Below are positions 55,733 through 64,000 of a stretch of 64,000 bases of DNA, in pieces. The DNA lies in the NCBI GenBank assembly GCA_034422115.1, contig DAOUJW010000021.1, positions 65,876 through 129,875 on the forward strand, given 5' to 3'. The notes beneath the pieces were generated by a model. That model had not been told where the DNA came from. It did not search any database and worked only from the letters and a program-made list of their open reading frames with translations. Origin of the DNA: Dehalococcoidia bacterium (GTDB lineage Bacteria; Chloroflexota; Dehalococcoidia; Lucifugimonadales; UBA2985). The position numbers and the translations under genes are program-made. Position 1 is the first letter of the stretch. Every line of letters begins with the position of its first letter.

Positions 55733-56104
55733 ATGGGTTATGGGAGGCCGTGGCCGTGGAACTTCAAAGGCACTATCTTCTTTGCGGTCTGTGCGATCCT
55801 GGGGTCAATGGTGGGAATGGTCGTGGAGTTCCTGGGCATTTACCCCGGTTCTTTTTGGTTGGGCCTGTTTGTCGGCTCTATGGTTGGCGCGGTTATAACA
55901 TACAGATCGCCAAAGTATTGGTCGGAGGCGCGGAGAAGGGAAAAAGAAGTCGGATCTGCACTCGATGAATTAGCGAGCGAATTGCGCTCAGAGGCGATGC
56001 GGACGCAGCCGATTGCCACCATAGGCTGCACAGTCCTGTATTTCGCAGTGTTCATAGGAGCTATCGCCTTATTTGTGTTCTGGATGTTTAGAATCTCGTC
56101 CTAA
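55733..56104 (+). CDS. hypothetical membrane protein (123 aa, three hydrophobic segments)
   Basis: ORF with hydrophobic segments in an AT-richer block. No motif. Confidence 0.5.
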   Translation: MGYGRPWPWNFKGTIFFAVCAILGSMVGMVVEFLGIYPGSFWLGLFVGSMVGAVITYRSPKYWSEARRREKEVGSALDELASELRSEAMRTQPIATIGCTVLYFAVFIGAIALFVFWMFRISS

Positions 56105-56315
56105 CGCCTCCCCCCAAGTCTGCCTTGCGCAACATCCATCCGTCATACCGCGGAAGTAGCCGGTGTCTCCTCTCAACCTCCATGCTCAGCGAGACCTCTG
56201 CATAATCCCCACCGTCATCACGGGAATGACGCATCGGCTGCCATTACTATGAAAATGTGGCGCCGCGAGGCCTTTTTGCTTTTGAAACCCAATCCAGCCT
56301 GTAGAGGAATGTGGA

Positions 56316-56564
56316 CTACATGTTGGCAAGGTTCGTCTTAAACAACTTGATGACCTGCTCGAATCCCGCTTGTCTTGCTCGACTTGCCTCAGGGTCAAAC
56401 CCGGGGCCGCTCTCCACCAGTTCTTCAATCAGACCATCGTTAGGGTCCAGCCCCGCGTGATGAGCTACAATGGCTATTAGCCCCACCAGGGCTTCCAGGC
56501 CGGCCTCGCTGGCGTCAGAGTGCGTCCGAAAACTCTCCATCAGTCTATCCATTGGAGATTCCAT
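56316..56564 (-). CDS. hypothetical protein (82 aa)
   Basis: ORF in an AT-richer block. No motif. Confidence 0.4.
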   Translation of the reverse strand: MESPMDRLMESFRTHSDASEAGLEALVGLIAIVAHHAGLDPNDGLIEELVESGPGFDPEASRARQAGFEQVIKLFKTNLANM

Positions 56565-56619
56565 TGCATTCTCCTCTCATGTAAGTTCCCTTCCCCGCCC
56601 GAAATCGATGGCGTAGGCG

Positions 56620-57684
56620 TCACTCCGTCGGCAGCTCTCCCGCCCGGGTTGGGCCGCCGGAAACCCTCTTCCGCCTCCAGGAGCGGCTCAGATGGAACAG
56701 GAGGAACACCACACCGCCGAGTATCACAATGCTCAGGTAGCTTATGGAGCGGTCCAGGAGCGCCACGGAGAGGGCCTCGCTGCGGGGCAGGCTCAGGGCG
56801 AGCAGCCCCAGGATGCCCGGCTCCACAATGCCCAGCCCGCCGGGGGTTATCGGCACGGTGGTCAGCATGGCGTTGGCCAGCGTCACAAAGAGCACGAGGG
56901 CAAAAGTGACGTCACCTGAGAGGTCCAGGGCCTGTATCACAAAGTAGAGGCGACCCACCTCCGTGAACCACACCAGAAGGCTCAGGACGAACAGGATAGG
57001 GAGCTGCTTGAAGCTCTCCATTGTGCCCTGGTGAAACCGGTCGTAGGTCTCCCGGAAGCGAACCGGAAGGAATCTGGCCAGGTGCATGCCAAACTGCTTC
57101 ATGGCCACCAGCATCCCCAGTCCAACGAACACCAGCACTGCCGCTATGCCCAGGAACAGCGGTATGCCGCTCACGTTGCCGCCGCTGTAGACGGCGGAGG
57201 CCGCCAGGACAAGCAGGATAAACACCATCACAACGTCCAGCACTCGCTCAGCCAGAACGGTGCCTATCGTGCGGGGAAAGCTGGCGCCTGTGTCCTCGGT
57301 GAAGACGTAGGCGCGGTAGGCGTCTCCCAGTCGAAACCACGTCACGGCGTTGGCGAACCACCCCATGAACACGTACACCCCGCACGTCAGGGCGGAGGGC
57401 GCGTTGCGCGTATCCGGCCCTATGACGTTGGCGTTGCTCAGCATAATCCGCCACCGCAGACCTCTGAGCAGGAACCCGAAGTAGTAGGAGGCGAAGGCCA
57501 GCAGGTAGAGGGAGACGTCGCTGGTGGCGAGAATGTCCGCCGTCTCGCTCCAGTCTATGTTGAAGCGAGTTGCCAGCAGCAGCAGGAACATAGCGGCAAT
57601 GGAGAATGATATGAGGGTGGGAATGGAGAACACCCGCCGCTTCAGGGATATTGCCCTGCCGCCCTGGTCGTCTGGCCCGTTCAT
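56620..57684 (-). CDS. flippase-like / lysylphosphatidylglycerol-synthase TM-region family membrane protein (UPF0104)
   Basis: About 8 TM segments and PITPGGLGIVE, a motif typical of the family. Confidence 0.7.
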   Translation of the reverse strand: MNGPDDQGGRAISLKRRVFSIPTLISFSIAAMFLLLLATRFNIDWSETADILATSDVSLYLLAFASYYFGFLLRGLRWRIMLSNANVIGPDTRNAPSALTCGVYVFMGWFANAVTWFRLGDAYRAYVFTEDTGASFPRTIGTVLAERVLDVVMVFILLVLAASAVYSGGNVSGIPLFLGIAAVLVFVGLGMLVAMKQFGMHLARFLPVRFRETYDRFHQGTMESFKQLPILFVLSLLVWFTEVGRLYFVIQALDLSGDVTFALVLFVTLANAMLTTVPITPGGLGIVEPGILGLLALSLPRSEALSVALLDRSISYLSIVILGGVVFLLFHLSRSWRRKRVSGGPTRAGELPTE

Positions 57685-57726
57685 GCCGGGAATGGCGTCA
57701 CCTCCATTGGGGCGTTCAACACTGAC

Positions 57727-58449
57727 CTAAAGCGGGCGCTTTGCCGGGATGCCCGGCCTCCGCGGATAGCGGTCCGGCGACGAAGCGGTCTTCCTCAGCG
57801 CCACCAGCCATCGAGGGTCTTCCGGATTCACGTCGTCCACAACCTCGATGCACTCCAGCGAACCGCCCAGCAACCCGATGGCCCGCTCCGCCTCTCGCAG
57901 CTCGTCATCTATGCCCGCCTTCTTCTGTGCCACGACAATGCCGCCCGTCTTGCAGAAGGGCAGAGTCAGCTCGGCCAGGGCCGCCATGTGCGCCACAGCC
58001 CGGGACACCACAACGTCGAAGCTCTCACGAAGACGCGGTTCGTGGGCAAGGGTCTCGGCGCGGCCGTTCTCTATCTCTACCCTGTCAAGTCCCAGGACAT
58101 CCACAACGTGACGGAGGAAGGCCGTCTTCTTGCCCACGGACTCCAGGAGAGTCACGTTCAGGCCGGGCCAGGCTATCTTGAGGGGCAGGCCCGGGAACCC
58201 CGCGCCGCTGCCCACGTCCAGCAGGCTGCCTCCGGCCAGCGTCTCATTGGGGATGACCCTGGCCACTGAAAGAGAGTCCAGGAAGTGCCTGGCCGCCACC
58301 TCATGCGGGTCGACTATGGCGGTGAGGTTTACGGCCCTGTTCCAATCCACCAGTTCGCGGAAGTATCGCCGGAAGAGGATGGTCTTCTCCTCTCCAAGAC
58401 CCAACTCCGGGAATGCGGTCTCCTCAAGGAGCGCCTCCACTTTCGTCAC
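57727..58449 (-). CDS. rsmG: 16S rRNA (guanine527-N7)-methyltransferase
   Basis: LLDVGSGAGFPGLPLKI and overall GidB pattern. Confidence 0.9.
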   Translation of the reverse strand: MTKVEALLEETAFPELGLGEEKTILFRRYFRELVDWNRAVNLTAIVDPHEVAARHFLDSLSVARVIPNETLAGGSLLDVGSGAGFPGLPLKIAWPGLNVTLLESVGKKTAFLRHVVDVLGLDRVEIENGRAETLAHEPRLRESFDVVVSRAVAHMAALAELTLPFCKTGGIVVAQKKAGIDDELREAERAIGLLGGSLECIEVVDDVNPEDPRWLVALRKTASSPDRYPRRPGIPAKRPL

Positions 58450-58589
58450 TGTCCCTTCTGCTCAAAGCGCGTCATTGCTGCAAACCTGAGGCATTATATC
58501 ACCATCGGAGGCGGTGCATACACCGCCAAGCCTTTTGTGCTATAATTCACGCTGACCCAACAGCACATGAGCCATCAGGAATAGACAGT

Positions 58590-59594
58590 ATGCCGGTACT
58601 TTACGTAGCTTCCAACCAGCCTCGAGCGGGCAAGACCGCCGTAGCAGTCACCCTCGCCCGCAAGCTGTCCCAGGACGGCAGGCAGGTGGCCCTCTTCAAG
58701 CCCTTCAGCTCAGCCTCGGGAGACGCAGCCCCGGACGCCCGGACGCTCAGGCAGGCGGCAGGCACATCCGGCGATTGGCCCGTGGCGATGTCCCCGGAGC
58801 AGGCCCTGGATGGAGCAGCCCTGGACCGGGCGGTGGAGACGGCCCGGCAGGCCGGCGGCGACATCACCATTGTCGAGGGCTTGAGCGGCTTGCAGGGAGC
58901 GGCCGGGGCCAACTCGCAGGCGCTTGCCGAAAGGCTGGACTCCCAGGTCGTCGTTGTGCTGGGCTACGGGTCCGGCGCAGTCGCCGGTGAAGCTGCCGCG
59001 GCAAAGGAACTCTTTGGCGACAGGCTGGCGGGTGTCATAGTCAACGGCGTGACCCGCTACAAGATGCGGGAGGTGGAGAGCAACGTGGCTCCCAGGATAG
59101 AGGCCGGGGGCGTCAGGGTGCTGGCGTCCATCCCTGAGGACAGGCGGCTTCTGGGCACCACCGTGGAACAGCTGGCGGACCACCTTGGCGGTCGTTTCCT
59201 CAGCTGGGAGGAGAAGAAGGACAACTTTGTGGAGCACTTCCTCATCGGCGGCCTTGTGCTGGACTGGGGAGTGCTGTACTTCGAGCGATTGGAGAACAAG
59301 GCGGTCATCGTCAGGGGCGACAAGCCGGACATCCAGATGGCGGCCCTGGGTACCCCCACAAGCTGCATTGTGCTCACCGCCGGGCAGCCGCCCATTCAGT
59401 ACGTCCAGTACGAGGCGGGACAGGAGGAGGTGCCTCTGATACAGGTGGACACGGACACCCTGGCCACCGCCGAGGCCCTGGAGTCGCTACAGGAGAAAGC
59501 CCTCTTCGACCACCCGCTCAAGCAGGGCCAGTTCATGGAGCTTATGTCCCGGCACGGAAGCTGGGACGCCGTGTACCAGTCGCTGGGGATCTAG
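58590..59594 (+). CDS. DRTGG-domain protein with N-terminal P-loop-like (Pta N-terminal/CobQ-like) region
   Basis: Start MPVLYVASNQPRAGKTAVAV at ATG 58590. Later region ...VLTAGQPP.. (DRTGG-like). The upstream ORF extension overlaps rsmG. Confidence 0.65.
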   Translation: MPVLYVASNQPRAGKTAVAVTLARKLSQDGRQVALFKPFSSASGDAAPDARTLRQAAGTSGDWPVAMSPEQALDGAALDRAVETARQAGGDITIVEGLSGLQGAAGANSQALAERLDSQVVVVLGYGSGAVAGEAAAAKELFGDRLAGVIVNGVTRYKMREVESNVAPRIEAGGVRVLASIPEDRRLLGTTVEQLADHLGGRFLSWEEKKDNFVEHFLIGGLVLDWGVLYFERLENKAVIVRGDKPDIQMAALGTPTSCIVLTAGQPPIQYVQYEAGQEEVPLIQVDTDTLATAEALESLQEKALFDHPLKQGQFMELMSRHGSWDAVYQSLGI

Positions 59595-59680
59595 GAAGAC
59601 CGTTAAAGGCCGTCGTTCCTGCGAAAGCATGCCCTCGTGCTCCGACACGGGGGCAGGAACCTCTGTCCCCACACATTTAG

Positions 59681-59700
59681 ATTCCTGCTTCCGCAGGAAT
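59681..59700. repeat. short hairpin, family B (ATTCCTGC-TTCC-GCAGGAAT)
   Basis: Perfect 8-bp stem. Its arms equal the outer arms of the MITE-like element. Confidence 0.8.
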
Positions 59701-59729
59701 GACGATTACTTACTCAGAGGTTCCCTAGC

Positions 59730-60167
59730 TCAGGAAGTGGGCGCAGTCGTTGCGCTCTCCTCCTCGCTGCCCACCCAGACCTCTCCGCCCTCGAACACCT
59801 CCTTCTTCCAGATAGGCACAATCTGCTTGATCCTGTCCACAATGTACCCGCCGGCCTCAAAGGCCTGCTGCCTGTGGGGTGAGGCCAGCGCCACCACAAG
59901 GCTTATCTCCCCGATGTCCACCCGACCCACCCGGTGAGCGACGGCAAAGTCGTCGATGTCCCACTTCTCCCGCAGCTCATCCGCTATCTGCTGGAGCATG
60001 TTCTCCGCCATTGGCTGATACGCCTCGTACTCCAGGTACTCCACGTTCCGCCCCTCGGAGAAGTCCCGCGTGGTGCCCAGGAAGGTGATCACGGCCCCAT
60101 TGCTGTTGCTGCGGACCTGGGCGGTTATCTCCTCCGGGTTCAGGGGCTCACTGGTAATCTTGATCAT
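59730..60167 (-). CDS. moaE: molybdopterin synthase catalytic subunit
   Basis: GAVITFLGTTRDF...EYEAY..MA...HRVG..IGE..V pattern. Directly downstream of moaD. Confidence 0.88.
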   Translation of the reverse strand: MIKITSEPLNPEEITAQVRSNSNGAVITFLGTTRDFSEGRNVEYLEYEAYQPMAENMLQQIADELREKWDIDDFAVAHRVGRVDIGEISLVVALASPHRQQAFEAGGYIVDRIKQIVPIWKKEVFEGGEVWVGSEEESATTAPTS

Positions 60168-60169
60168 GT

Positions 60170-60412
60170 CTACCCTCCACTTACCGGTGGTATGAAGGCC
60201 ACCTCGTCCCCCTCGTGAAGGGGATCGGCGGGGCCAACGTATTCCGAGTTTACAGCTATGAGCACGGAGTTGGAAGAGGGCAGCGCGGGGTAGACTATGC
60301 GAAGCCGCCCCAGCAGCTCCTCCGCCGTGGCTCCCTCCGGCAGGTCGATCTCGGCCTCGGCTGTGCCCGCCCTCTCACGATACAGGGCGAAGAAGCGCAC
60401 GTTTACTCTCAA
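60170..60412 (-). CDS. moaD: molybdopterin synthase sulfur-carrier subunit (MoaD/ThiS family)
   Basis: 80 aa ending ...FIPPVSGG (C-terminal GG). TTG start. Confidence 0.85.
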   Translation of the reverse strand: MRVNVRFFALYRERAGTAEAEIDLPEGATAEELLGRLRIVYPALPSSNSVLIAVNSEYVGPADPLHEGDEVAFIPPVSGG

Positions 60413-60541
60413 GGTGTTCCTCTCATGCTCTCGATGGACTCAGTATAATACTCCTGATACGATACGGGGAAGTCCGAGGGCCTTGGGCCGCTGCTTGCCT
60501 GCCAGTTTGAAGGCGGTTACACTATTCAGGAAGTCCACAGA

Positions 60542-61363
60542 GTGAGAGGCCCCATGACCTCCTTCCAGGAAAAGCTGACCGCAGCCGCCCGCAGGAACCA
60601 GTCGCTGGTGTGCGTGGGACTGGACCCGGATCCGGCACTCATGCCCATCGACGACGTTGCGGAGTTCAACAAGGCCATCATCGACGCCACGGCGGACCAG
60701 GTATGCTGCTACAAGCCCAACGTGGCCTTTTACGAGGCCCTGGGCTTTCCCGGCCTGGAGGCTCTCAAGCGCACACTGGAGCACGTCCCGGATGACATAC
60801 CCGTCATAGGCGACGCCAAGCGGGGGGACATCGGCTCTACTGCCAAGGCTTATGCCAAAGCTGTCTTCGAGCAGTGGGGCTTCGACGCCGTGACGGTCAG
60901 CCCGTACCTGGGTGCCGACTCCCTGGAGCCGTTCCTGGAGTACGCCGACAGGGGCGTCCTGGTACTGTGCCACACGTCCAACCCCGGCGCAGCCGACTTC
61001 CAGGAGCTGTCGGTGGGCGAGCGACAGCTGTTCGAGGAGCTCGCGGTCAAGGCGCGTGGGTGGAACACCAGGGGAAACGCCGGGCTGGTGGTGGGAGCAA
61101 CCTATCCGCAGCAGCTGCAATCGGTGCGCCAAATCTGCCCTGACATGGTGATACTTGCGCCGGGCGTGGGCGCGCAGGGTGGCGATCTAGAGAACACCGT
61201 CAAGTACGGCGTCAACGCCGACGGCGAGGGGCTGATAATCAACTCCTCCCGCGGCATCATCTTCGCCTCAAGGGACGCGGCCGACTTCGCAGACGCCGCC
61301 CGAAAGGCGGCCCAGGAGCTTCGCCAGGCCATAAACAGGGCCAAGGAAGAGGCGCGACGATGA
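60542..61363 (+). CDS. pyrF: orotidine 5'-phosphate decarboxylase (type 2)
   Basis: LVCVGLDPD...YKPNVAFYE...[12 protein letters not shown]. The start may be the ATG a few codons downstream. Confidence 0.92.
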   Translation: MRGPMTSFQEKLTAAARRNQSLVCVGLDPDPALMPIDDVAEFNKAIIDATADQVCCYKPNVAFYEALGFPGLEALKRTLEHVPDDIPVIGDAKRGDIGSTAKAYAKAVFEQWGFDAVTVSPYLGADSLEPFLEYADRGVLVLCHTSNPGAADFQELSVGERQLFEELAVKARGWNTRGNAGLVVGATYPQQLQSVRQICPDMVILAPGVGAQGGDLENTVKYGVNADGEGLIINSSRGIIFASRDAADFADAARKAAQELRQAINRAKEEARR

Positions 61364-61587
61364 TAATGGAGTGGGGAATAGGGGACGTGGTCACCATGCG
61401 CAAGCCGCACCCATGCGGCAGCTACCAGTGGCGGGTGACCAGGCTGGGCGCGGACATAGGCCTCCGGTGCGTCCAGTGCGGCCGCCGGGTGCTGCTGGAG
61501 CGGCGGGCCTTGGAGAAGCGGGCGAAGAGCGTGGAGCGGGCTGCATCTCCCGTTCCTGCGGAGGCAGGAATCCAGGACTCCCTGTAG
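61360..61587 (+). CDS. DUF951-family protein; C-terminal tail runs into a family B hairpin
   Basis: [39 protein letters not shown] is the DUF951 core. The last roughly 12 codons ([12 protein letters not shown]) translate the repeat at 61552..61571. Confidence 0.8.
   Translation: MIMEWGIGDVVTMRKPHPCGSYQWRVTRLGADIGLRCVQCGRRVLLERRALEKRAKSVERAASPVPAEAGIQDSL
61552..61571. repeat. short hairpin, family B (GTTCCTGC-GGAG-GCAGGAAT)
   Basis: Read directly. Overlaps the 3' end of the DUF951 ORF. Confidence 0.75.
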
Positions 61588-61646
61588 CGCACGGCTAGAC
61601 CCCCGCGAAGGCGGGGGTGGTCTGGTGATTGTGGCTGACCCTCACT

Positions 61647-61740
61647 CCCGCTCATCCTGAGCATGTCGAAGGAAATGAGCGGGACAACTACACCCACAAT
61701 TTACCCGCTCATATCGTTCGACAGGCTCACCATGAGCGGG
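61647..61740. repeat. REP-like hairpin pair (family A)
   Basis: Units at 61647..61683 and 61704..61740. Confidence 0.85.
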
Positions 61741-61776
61741 AACATCCGGCCAATGGCAATCGCCACAGTCAGCCTA

Positions 61777-61962
61777 TCACCGCTCAGACGCCAGCGTGCC
61801 GCCCTTGGCCCAGTTCTCCCTTGCAACGTCATGGAATATGACAATGGTGTCATCTGCGGTGGTTTTGGCTATGTCGACCACCGCGTCGGTGATGGCCTTG
61901 GCCAGCTCCGCCTTCTGCTCCTTGCTCCTCCCCTCAAACAGCTCAATCTTGACAATGGGCAT
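61777..61962 (-). CDS. 4-oxalocrotonate tautomerase family enzyme
   Basis: 61 aa starting MPIVKIELFEGRS (catalytic Pro-1). Confidence 0.88.
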   Translation of the reverse strand: MPIVKIELFEGRSKEQKAELAKAITDAVVDIAKTTADDTIVIFHDVARENWAKGGTLASER

Positions 61963-62082
61963 GATTCACCTCCGGCTAAACGTGATATGGACTGACTGAC
62001 ACGGCCAGGGCAGGCGCGCCCGCCGCGTCCAGCTACCAATCATAGCACACTCGCCTTGTGGCACGGATTGCGGAAAGCTATA

Positions 62083-63075
62083 ATGCCTTCCGTGAAAGTG
62101 TCGGAGCTAGGCGAGTTCGCCCTCATACGCGTCCTCCAGGAGATGGTCTGCGCCAGTGGCCTGCCCTCTCCCATGACCCTTGGCATTGGCGACGATGCTG
62201 CCGCCTGGCGCAACCCGGACTCCACGGAGCTGACCACCACTGATACGATGGTTGAGGGCGTCCACTTCCTCCACGATGGGTTATCGTGGAACGACCTGGG
62301 GTGGAAGGCCCTTGCCGTCAACCTGAGCGACATCGCCGCCATGGGCGGGCTGCCCCTGCACGCCCTGGTCACCCTGGGCCTCAAGCCCGACACTGAAGTG
62401 GACGACGTGAAGGCCATGTACGATGGTCTGCTGTCCGCCTGCCGCGAGTACGGCTGCACGATAGCCGGCGGCGACATTGTGCGCTCGCCCGTGACCTTTG
62501 TCACCATGACCGTCGTTGGCACAGCCACCGGCCATCTGCTGACCCGCAGCGCAGGGCGGCCGGGAGACGTGGTCGCCGTCACGGGGCCGCTGGGCTCCTC
62601 CGCCGGGGGTCTGAAGGCTCACCTGGAGGGTATGGTACTTGACCCGGAGCTAAAGCAGCGCCTGAGCAACGCCCACAACCGTCCCCTGCCCAGGATCCGG
62701 GAGGGGCAGGTACTGGTGCGAGAGGAGGTGCAGACGGCAATGGACATAAGCGACGGCCTGGTAGACGACCTCTCAAAGCTGGCCGCCGCAAGCGGTGTGG
62801 GGGCGGTGGTCTGCGCCTCGCGGGTGCCCGTAGACCCCCGCCTAAAGAGCGCCTTTCCCAAAGACCACCTGCAGATGGCCCTCAACGGCGGAGAGGACTA
62901 CGAGCTGCTCTTCGCGGGCAGCCAGGATGTAGTAGACAGGGCGTTGGCGGGACTGGACGCATCCGCCTCAATCATAGGCCGCCTTGTGGCCGACCACCCC
63001 GGCCAGGCCCGCGTGCTGGACGACAACGGCACAGAGCTTGAAATCGCCAGGCGCGGATGGGACCACTTCGCGTAA
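62083..63075 (+). CDS. thiL: thiamine-monophosphate kinase
   Basis: ELGEFALI...IGDDAA...TTDTMVEGVHF...AVNLSDIAAMG pattern. ATG at 62083 is preferred over TTG at 62056. Confidence 0.9.
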   Translation: MPSVKVSELGEFALIRVLQEMVCASGLPSPMTLGIGDDAAAWRNPDSTELTTTDTMVEGVHFLHDGLSWNDLGWKALAVNLSDIAAMGGLPLHALVTLGLKPDTEVDDVKAMYDGLLSACREYGCTIAGGDIVRSPVTFVTMTVVGTATGHLLTRSAGRPGDVVAVTGPLGSSAGGLKAHLEGMVLDPELKQRLSNAHNRPLPRIREGQVLVREEVQTAMDISDGLVDDLSKLAAASGVGAVVCASRVPVDPRLKSAFPKDHLQMALNGGEDYELLFAGSQDVVDRALAGLDASASIIGRLVADHPGQARVLDDNGTELEIARRGWDHFA

Positions 63076-63076
63076 G

Positions 63077-63580
63077 ATGACTCCGCTTGTTCTCAACAGC
63101 CGCAGCGCAAGGGAGACCGCGCGTATCGGTCGAGTCCTGGGGCAGCTCGCCGAACCCGGCGACGTCTTCCTTCTGTCCGGGGACCTGGGCACCGGCAAGA
63201 CGTGCCTGACCCAGGGCATCGCCAAGGGACTGGGCATCAATGATTACGTTCGAAGCCCCACCTTTGTGCTGGTCACCATCCATCAGGGAAGACTGCCCCT
63301 GTATCATATAGACATATATCGCCTGGACGAGGTCGCGGAGGTGGTGGACCTGGGACTGGAGGAGTACCTGGCGGGCGACGGCGTGTCCGTGATAGAGTGG
63401 GCCAGCAAGGCGCTGGATGTGTTCCCGCAGCCGTACTTGCTGGTGACCCTGGAGTACGAGGGCGAGAGCGAGCGGGTCATCCAACTGGAGCCGAGGGGAG
63501 AGCGGTACGAGAGGCTGCTCGCTCAGGTTGAGAAGCGGCTGAGCCGGACAGCGTCACGCCGGAGAGGGAGCCAGGCATAG
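63077..63580 (+). CDS. tsaE: tRNA t6A37 biosynthesis ATPase TsaE
   Basis: FLLSGDLGTGKTCLTQGIAKGL...SPTF...HIDIYRL. Confidence 0.9.
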   Translation: MTPLVLNSRSARETARIGRVLGQLAEPGDVFLLSGDLGTGKTCLTQGIAKGLGINDYVRSPTFVLVTIHQGRLPLYHIDIYRLDEVAEVVDLGLEEYLAGDGVSVIEWASKALDVFPQPYLLVTLEYEGESERVIQLEPRGERYERLLAQVEKRLSRTASRRRGSQA

Positions 63581-63581
63581 C

Positions 63582-64000
63582 ATGGAGCTATCCATAGACA
63601 CTTCGACAAGGTACGCCGGGGCGGGCCTCTCCGAAGGGGGGCTGCTGCTGGCGGAGTACTCCTGGGTGTCTCGCCAGAACCACTCTGTTGAGCTTCTCCC
63701 CGCCGTCGACCACCTTCTGAAGACCAACGGCGCTTTGCCCAAAGACCTCACCTGCGTCTTCGTGGCCATTGGCCCCGGGGGGTTCAGCGCCCTGCGTGTT
63801 GGGCTGAGCACGGCCAAGGGCCTGGCCATCTCCCTGGGCATTCCGCTGGTAGCGCTGAACACCCTGGAGATAGAGGCCGACCCCTTCCGCGGCCTGGGGC
63901 TGCCGGTCTGCGCCGCGCTGGACGCTGGGCGGGGCGAGGTGGCGGCAGCCGTCTACGCCGAGGAAGGCGGCATTTGGAGAACGGCGCGGGACGCCTGGAT
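63582..64000 (+). CDS. tsaB: tRNA t6A37 biosynthesis protein TsaB (3' end outside window)
   Basis: ATG at 63582, frame open to the window end. MELSIDTSTRYAGAGL...FVAIGPGGFSALRVGLSTAKGLA is the YeaZ/TsaB pattern. Not in the ORF track because there is no stop in the window. Confidence 0.85.
   Translation, partial: MELSIDTSTRYAGAGLSEGGLLLAEYSWVSRQNHSVELLPAVDHLLKTNGALPKDLTCVFVAIGPGGFSALRVGLSTAKGLAISLGIPLVALNTLEIEADPFRGLGLPVCAALDAGRGEVAAAVYAEEGGIWRTARDAW

Noticed and set aside
60413-60541. A possible molybdenum-cofactor riboswitch in the moaD leader.
   Set aside because: The region has some hairpin potential (GGAGTATTATACTGAGTCC). I could not place the conserved Moco-motif elements with any confidence. 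It is also the divergent promoter region for pyrF and would need a covariance-model scan.

Overview
High-GC bacterial chromosomal segment, about 64 kb, densely coding on both strands. A Chloroflexota-like origin is my inference from gene content (Actinobacteria/Chloroflexi-type VLRF1, CIRCE-regulated groESL, yacL-ispD-ispF-cysS order). Most of it is housekeeping: comEC (partial), a heterodimeric ABC exporter, cmk-plsC-glmS, a dgt-dnaG-rpoD macromolecular-synthesis cluster, tlpA/ccdA, nfi, prfB, thrS, gatB-secG, cysS-ispF-ispD-yacL, mutS2, groESL, rsmG, moaDE, pyrF and thiL-tsaE-tsaB. There are five tRNA genes at 22.9-23.9 kb. Accessory content falls in two places. (i) 19-24.6 kb holds two HicAB pairs and BrnTA around the tRNA cluster. 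(ii) 32.9-40.2 kb holds HigB plus a long HTH-ImmA/IrrE protein, an AT-richer orphan gene, a 968-aa fused nuclease-like/N6-methyltransferase (type IIG-like) with a compositional break inside the gene, and VapBC. The observations I rate highest are below.
- An in-frame TGA sits exactly at the first Cys of the second CxxC motif of a two-domain glutaredoxin/PDO-like protein, making it a candidate selenoprotein (U-P-H-C).
- prfB has the classical +1 programmed frameshift (CTT TGA C).
- A Vms1/VLRF1-like release-factor-fold gene lies directly downstream of mutS2, a possible ribosome-quality-control pair.
- A REP/BIME-like hairpin family has at least 18 units at 10 intergenic loci, all after 17.8 kb.
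- A roughly 215-bp MITE-like element has termini matching a family of short dispersed hairpins.

No CRISPR array, rRNA, transposase or integrase was found. The high GC content produces many long spurious antisense ORFs, which I rejected. All calls rest on motif reading by eye; no searches were run.
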